Shown: positions 59,862 through 64,000 of the stretch, piece by piece | Layout: the number at the start of each line of letters is the position of its first letter | Position numbering within the stretch: the first letter of the stretch is position 1 | Source of the DNA: Schmidtea polychroa | Lineage: Eukaryota | Direction: 5' to 3' | Length of the DNA: 64,000 bases | NCBI GenBank assembly: GCA_044892525.1 | Contig: CM097885.1 | Span: 119,040,001-119,104,000, forward strand | Made by a program: the position numbers and the translations under genes | Notes under the pieces: generated by a model | What the model saw: only the letters and a program-made list of their open reading frames with translations | The model's database searches: none | What the model was told of the DNA's origin: nothing

Positions 59862-60220
59862 TTTGCAAATATAGTTCCATGTCCTTTCATTCGTTTGTTT
59901 ATACGTAATATTCCATGTCTTTTACTTTTTGGAGCCGGAGCTGGAGAATTTTCTTTTTGAAACATACCTGCAACCCCTGGTAAAACTTTCCCTAATTCAG
60001 CTAAAGCATTTGTTTTTAGAGATGGTAATATTTTCTGTACATTCATAATAACATCTTTTGCAGTTTTAATACCAAAACTACCAATACGTTTAAGAATAGG
60101 CAATGCAAATCTACCAATTGTTCTCAACCATCCCGATCCGTAATGTTTACCAATAAAATATGGTAATTCACCGCCAGATTGGCTACCACTATACGTACTA
60201 ATAATATCACAATTTGCCAT
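59858..60220 (-). CDS. Maverick small basic core-type protein (QxGG/GxG motif) between the capsid genes
   Basis: QSGGELPYFIGKHYGSGWLRTIGRFALPILKRIG, basic C-terminus; overlaps both neighbours. Confidence 0.65.
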   Translation of the reverse strand: MANCDIISTYSGSQSGGELPYFIGKHYGSGWLRTIGRFALPILKRIGSFGIKTAKDVIMNVQKILPSLKTNALAELGKVLPGVAGMFQKENSPAPAPKSKRHGILRINKRMKGHGTIFAK

Positions 60221-60656
60221 CTACTTTACGAAAATGTAATGTCAAATGAGTTTTTGAACCTTTTGAAAAGTTTATAAGTTTTCCACTATCATCACGAATA
60301 TTTATTTCTATATTGTTTATACATGAACTTGCTATTGGTAAATACATGGGATTATCGATATTTATATTGACAATTTCATCATGTTAATATTTTCCAATCC
60401 ATACCGATTTCAAAAGAGGAACACTGGAATCACCAACAATTATGGGTTCGATGATGTTAGTATATATGAACATTTATTGATGATGTTCTAGTATTCTTGG
60501 TTTGCGTATACCAGTCGATTTTTCTCGATATTTTTGCTTACCTAATCCAAGTGAATTTGCCAAATTTTTATCAAATGTAACTTCGCAAATATCATCATTC
60601 AAACTGAAGGTAAACATCAAATCTTTCACAATTTCCAAATTTTTGTTGTAACTACA
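60207..60656 (-). pseudogene. Maverick minor capsid (penton-like) protein, C-terminal half
   Basis: MFIYTNIIEPIIVGDSSVPLLKSV..PMYLPI..NNIEINIRDDSGKLINF..TLHFRK; two stops; N-terminus absent. Confidence 0.75.
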
Positions 60657-61159
60657 TTAAATTTTAATTAAAAATCTAGATATTACATACAAAATAGCAA
60701 TACCTGTTGCAAGTTTTATATAATTTTTAAATTTTATTTTGTGCTCGTCGATTTCTGTGGCATTTCGGGCGAGTTGGTTCAATACACCCCATCCGCCATT
60801 GGCTTCAATCCATGGTGTAAACTTGGACTTGATTATCTAGAAAATAAATATATAGATTATAAAAGTAATACTTCTTGAGACCTCTGATAATAGTGTTTTG
60901 AGTCCCACAAACCTTTTTCTATGATGATCTTCATATAAGCGAACCCTACTATTATTCGGGTCCACTTCATTTCATCGTCACATAGGCAATTAAATAACTT
61001 TTTTGTTTCTAGGCAATCTGACTTGAGCATATCTTCGTAATCGATATGATTCCCTTCGATAATTTTTTCTGTCCGATCGACCAAGTAACTGAGGCTTTCC
61101 ACAATGTTCTTGTTTATTACTTCGCTTAAAAGATTTTCAATTAAATTTGGTTGCGACAT
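60657..61159 (-). CDS. Bcl-2-family protein, two exons (61159-60872 and 60836-60657), 155 aa
   Basis: BH1-like LFNCLCDDEMKWTRIIVGFAY; a 35-nt GT..AG phase-0 intron joins it in frame to BH2 PWIEANGGWGVL and a C-terminal tail anchor KLATGIAILYVISRFLIKI. Confidence 0.8.
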
Positions 61160-61268
61160 TTCTACAATAATTTAAAATATAATGTTTTATTTATACTAAT
61201 ACTGTATGATTCTGATTGGTTGATAGACTATAAATGTAAAATATATACGAGTTTTGATTTGATACACT
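61160..61268. promoter_or_regulatory. Compact bidirectional promoter
   Basis: 109 bp between divergent ATGs, with GATTGG (CCAAT) and TATAAAT. Confidence 0.45.
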
Positions 61269-61763
61269 ATGAAAACTATATTCATATTGCTAATTATTAT
61301 AACGAGTGTGTGCTCACACAATACAACAATAACAGTGGAGTCTTTTAATAAATCAATATGTGTTTGTCCGAATACAGCCAAGTTGATGAATATTTTATAT
61401 ATTCTCGACAAACCAAAATGGTCAAAGCATCCAGGAAAAAGAATATCTCAAAGATTGGAGAATTTAGAAAAAAGCTATGAATTATCATTTGTACAAAATA
61501 TAAAATTTAAATTGATCGATCATATTGAAGTTTCTAATAACTCTATTGTTGAAAATAAAAAGAATATGAAAATTATTGATAAGAAGCATGATTATTTGTT
61601 AAAAAAGATTGAATTATTATTAAGCGAAATTCAAACAATCAAAGGATCAATAGAATATCTGAAAAACAATTCAACGTTACCAATTTCAAACAATATTGCT
61701 GCGAATACGAGTACATCAATATTTAGTTTACCCTTGTTAATTTTAAATTATTTAATTGTTTAA
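61269..61763 (+). CDS. Secreted or GPI-anchor-like coiled-coil glycoprotein
   Basis: Signal peptide MKTIFILLIIITSVCS, CVC, several N-x-S/T sequons, coiled coil LLKKIELLLSEIQTIKGSIEYL, terminal hydrophobic IFSLPLLILNYLIV; AATAAA at the stop. Confidence 0.65.
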   Translation: MKTIFILLIIITSVCSHNTTITVESFNKSICVCPNTAKLMNILYILDKPKWSKHPGKRISQRLENLEKSYELSFVQNIKFKLIDHIEVSNNSIVENKKNMKIIDKKHDYLLKKIELLLSEIQTIKGSIEYLKNNSTLPISNNIAANTSTSIFSLPLLILNYLIV

Positions 61764-61910
61764 ATAAATGTATGTTTTGTTGATTTGTTGATTTGCGAGT
61801 TGTTGAGCGTGAGCAGTACCCTTACGACAAATACCCATAGGGGGACAGAATATTTTGTCGAATAAACTCGGAGTATATATATTAATTATAATAATAAAAA
61901 TATTAATAAT

Positions 61911-63476
61911 TGTTGGGCTGAAACCGAGAATTGAGAGCTTGTTTTAATGAATCAAAAATACATAACATAAAAATCGCACCAAGTTAAATTAGAACACCAG
62001 TCAATACAAATTAAAGTACATAACACATTGATGATAAATAAGACCGGGTAATAAAATAAAGGAACGCAAAAAAAGGTCGCGATCACTAACACAGTTAGGA
62101 GAAATATCGCAATCGGAATAGCTAACAACAAAAAATAAAATAATGGGTAATAAATTAATTAATAATATGAAAAATTGTTAAATAAATAAATTTAAAATAA
62201 AATATCTATTAAACGGATAAAATGATAAAAAGTAGAATAAAAGTAGAAAAATTAGATGAATTATAAAATTTATAAAACCAGATTGTTTAAATCAATGAAA
62301 CTAAAATAAAGTTAACTAAACTTATTTAAATTATAAAAACTTGTAAAACTAAATTAAAATTAGCAAAAACTATTTAAATTATAGAATTATAAAAATAAAT
62401 CTTAAAAATTAATAATAAATAGAATTTTGATTAATTCAATTAATTAAATTAAAAAATAAACAATTGCACACATTCACGCATGCATGCAAAAATTAATCAG
62501 AATTGCCTCGCATTCTAATTGGATATAGTAGCAGAGAATGCGTGGGCGTACAATTCAATCAGTATAAATACGGATTGAAATTTCAGTTGTTCAACTTGTT
62601 AAGCTGGTTTTCAGATTTACACAACAAATCGTGTTTCAGGCAGTGAACATATGCTCTCAATTTTCGATTTCATGCCATCGTGGTATTGGATATGGTAATT
62701 TTATTTGTTAATTTGTAATTTTGAGGTAAATTTTTAAAATTAATAAATCTTTGTATTACATTTAGTTTTAATTAATTTATTTTTGGTTTTGTTTTTCTTT
62801 AATTGTTTAATTTCATTTAGATTTTAAGTTTTAAATAATAATTTTATTCGGTTCAACTTTTACATAAATTAATTTTGAATAGTAGTTATAGTGGAACTGG
62901 AATCCAGTAGGCCACAGCTTAAGGGACACTAGTTGTTCCTCTTGCGAGTAGGTCAGCTGCTTTTTCAGATTCACACGGAGTGATCGGGCCATCACGAGGA
63001 GGCTTCTCCCCTGGTCCGTCTCCGTAAGTATTTTCTAGTCGGAAATAGGTTTGACTTAGAAATACAGGCAGATCCCTGCGCAAATTTTTTGAAGAATAAT
63101 TTAAATATTATAGGGAGTATATAACAATAATTATTAGATGGAAAATAGGGGCTGATCCCTGCGCAAAATTGTATAAGAGAACAATTGGAAATACCCATAA
63201 TTGAGGACCACAAATGATCCAAAAACAGCATACATAGTGAATAATGACGTAAGACCTTCTATCGGCAGTCTAGAACCCGAAAAGAAAATACAATGGGGAG
63301 AATTTTTAGTAATAGAGCTCACCTGCTCATTGTTTTTTCACCTTTGTGTACAGTACCAACATGGTCGTCGCCATGGGTACACAAATGGTTTAAATTGCAA
63401 TAGTCATGGAGGTGCTTAGGAAAGAGTCGAACGAGTATGATTACCCCTAACGTATTTTAAAATGTAAAAATGACAC
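61911..63476 (+). repeat. Large LTR related to 19897-22331 (end lies in the gap)
   Basis: TGTTGGGCTG start; ATTGG/TATAAATA/TCAGTT promoter at 62519-62587; conserved U5 module at 63246-63383. Confidence 0.7.
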
Positions 63477-63650
63477 NNNNNNNNNNNNNNNNNNNNNNNN
63501 NNNNNNNNNNNNNNNNNNNNNNNNNNNNNNNNNNNNNNNNNNNNNNNNNNNNNNNNNNNNNNNNNNNNNNNNNNNNNNNNNNNNNNNNNNNNNNNNNNNN
63601 NNNNNNNNNNNNNNNNNNNNNNNNNNNNNNNNNNNNNNNNNNNNNNNNNA
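63477..63650. other. Assembly gap
   Basis: N run. Confidence 1.
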
Positions 63651-63971
63651 GCAGCATTTATTAATTAAAACAATAAAAACAAATATTTTATTAGGCTTCT
63701 AGAAGCTAATTATAGAAGCTGTAAAAAAATTTAAAGTTTGTGTCATTTGAAATTTTAAATGTAAAAATTTTAAGTTTTTAGTAAACCAATTCATTATATT
63801 TACAACCAATGAGAATTAAGAGAAAGGAAATAAAAGAAAGATTGAAAGGAATTTTAGGGAAGAACATTGCTAAATTCCAGGAGATTGACAAGGACTATCT
63901 TATAGTTGAAAATTCTTTCATTAAATACATTATTTGCAACAAAAGGCTTAAATTATCATTTTATTGTTTTA

Positions 63972-64000
63972 AATAATAATAATAATAATAATAATAATAA
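63972..64000 (+). repeat. (AAT)n microsatellite
   Basis: Perfect trinucleotide run to the window end. Confidence 0.9.

Overview
AT-rich eukaryotic DNA, almost entirely nested mobile elements, with four N gaps. Element types, very short introns, a TRAF-family gene and an orphan rhodopsin-like GPCR fragment suggest a flatworm such as a planarian; this is inference. In order: (1) the 3' end of an env-like LTR element; (2) a ubiquitin-like ORF; (3) a minus-strand Ty3/gypsy element (about 5.0-10.9 kb) with gag/protease deleted in frame and an integrase running into a signal peptide followed by fibronectin-III-like repeats; (4) BEL/Pao and gypsy fragments; (5) several related large LTRs sharing a covarying stem-loop module near their 3' end; (6) a hAT transposase split by a very young non-autonomous LTR element (29820-36149, GTAT TSD, tRNA-Trp PBS) carrying gag plus captured GT31 galactosyltransferase and GPCR fragments instead of pol; (7) a Zator transposase relic; (8) a 5.5-kb foldback element with 944-bp terminal inverted repeats; (9) a large plus-strand gypsy element (44.2-56.5 kb) whose Pol continues in frame into ankyrin repeats, followed by a cargo cassette with an FN3-like membrane protein, an intact intronless TRAF gene, coiled-coil ORFs and a small membrane protein; (10) a Maverick/Polinton (adintovirus-like) remnant with minor capsid, core and major capsid genes beside a two-exon Bcl-2-family gene and a divergent GPI-anchor-like ORF. 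The strongest signal is mobile elements carrying apoptosis and immune-signalling cargo (TRAF, ankyrin, Bcl-2). All domain calls are by motif recognition; no searches were run.
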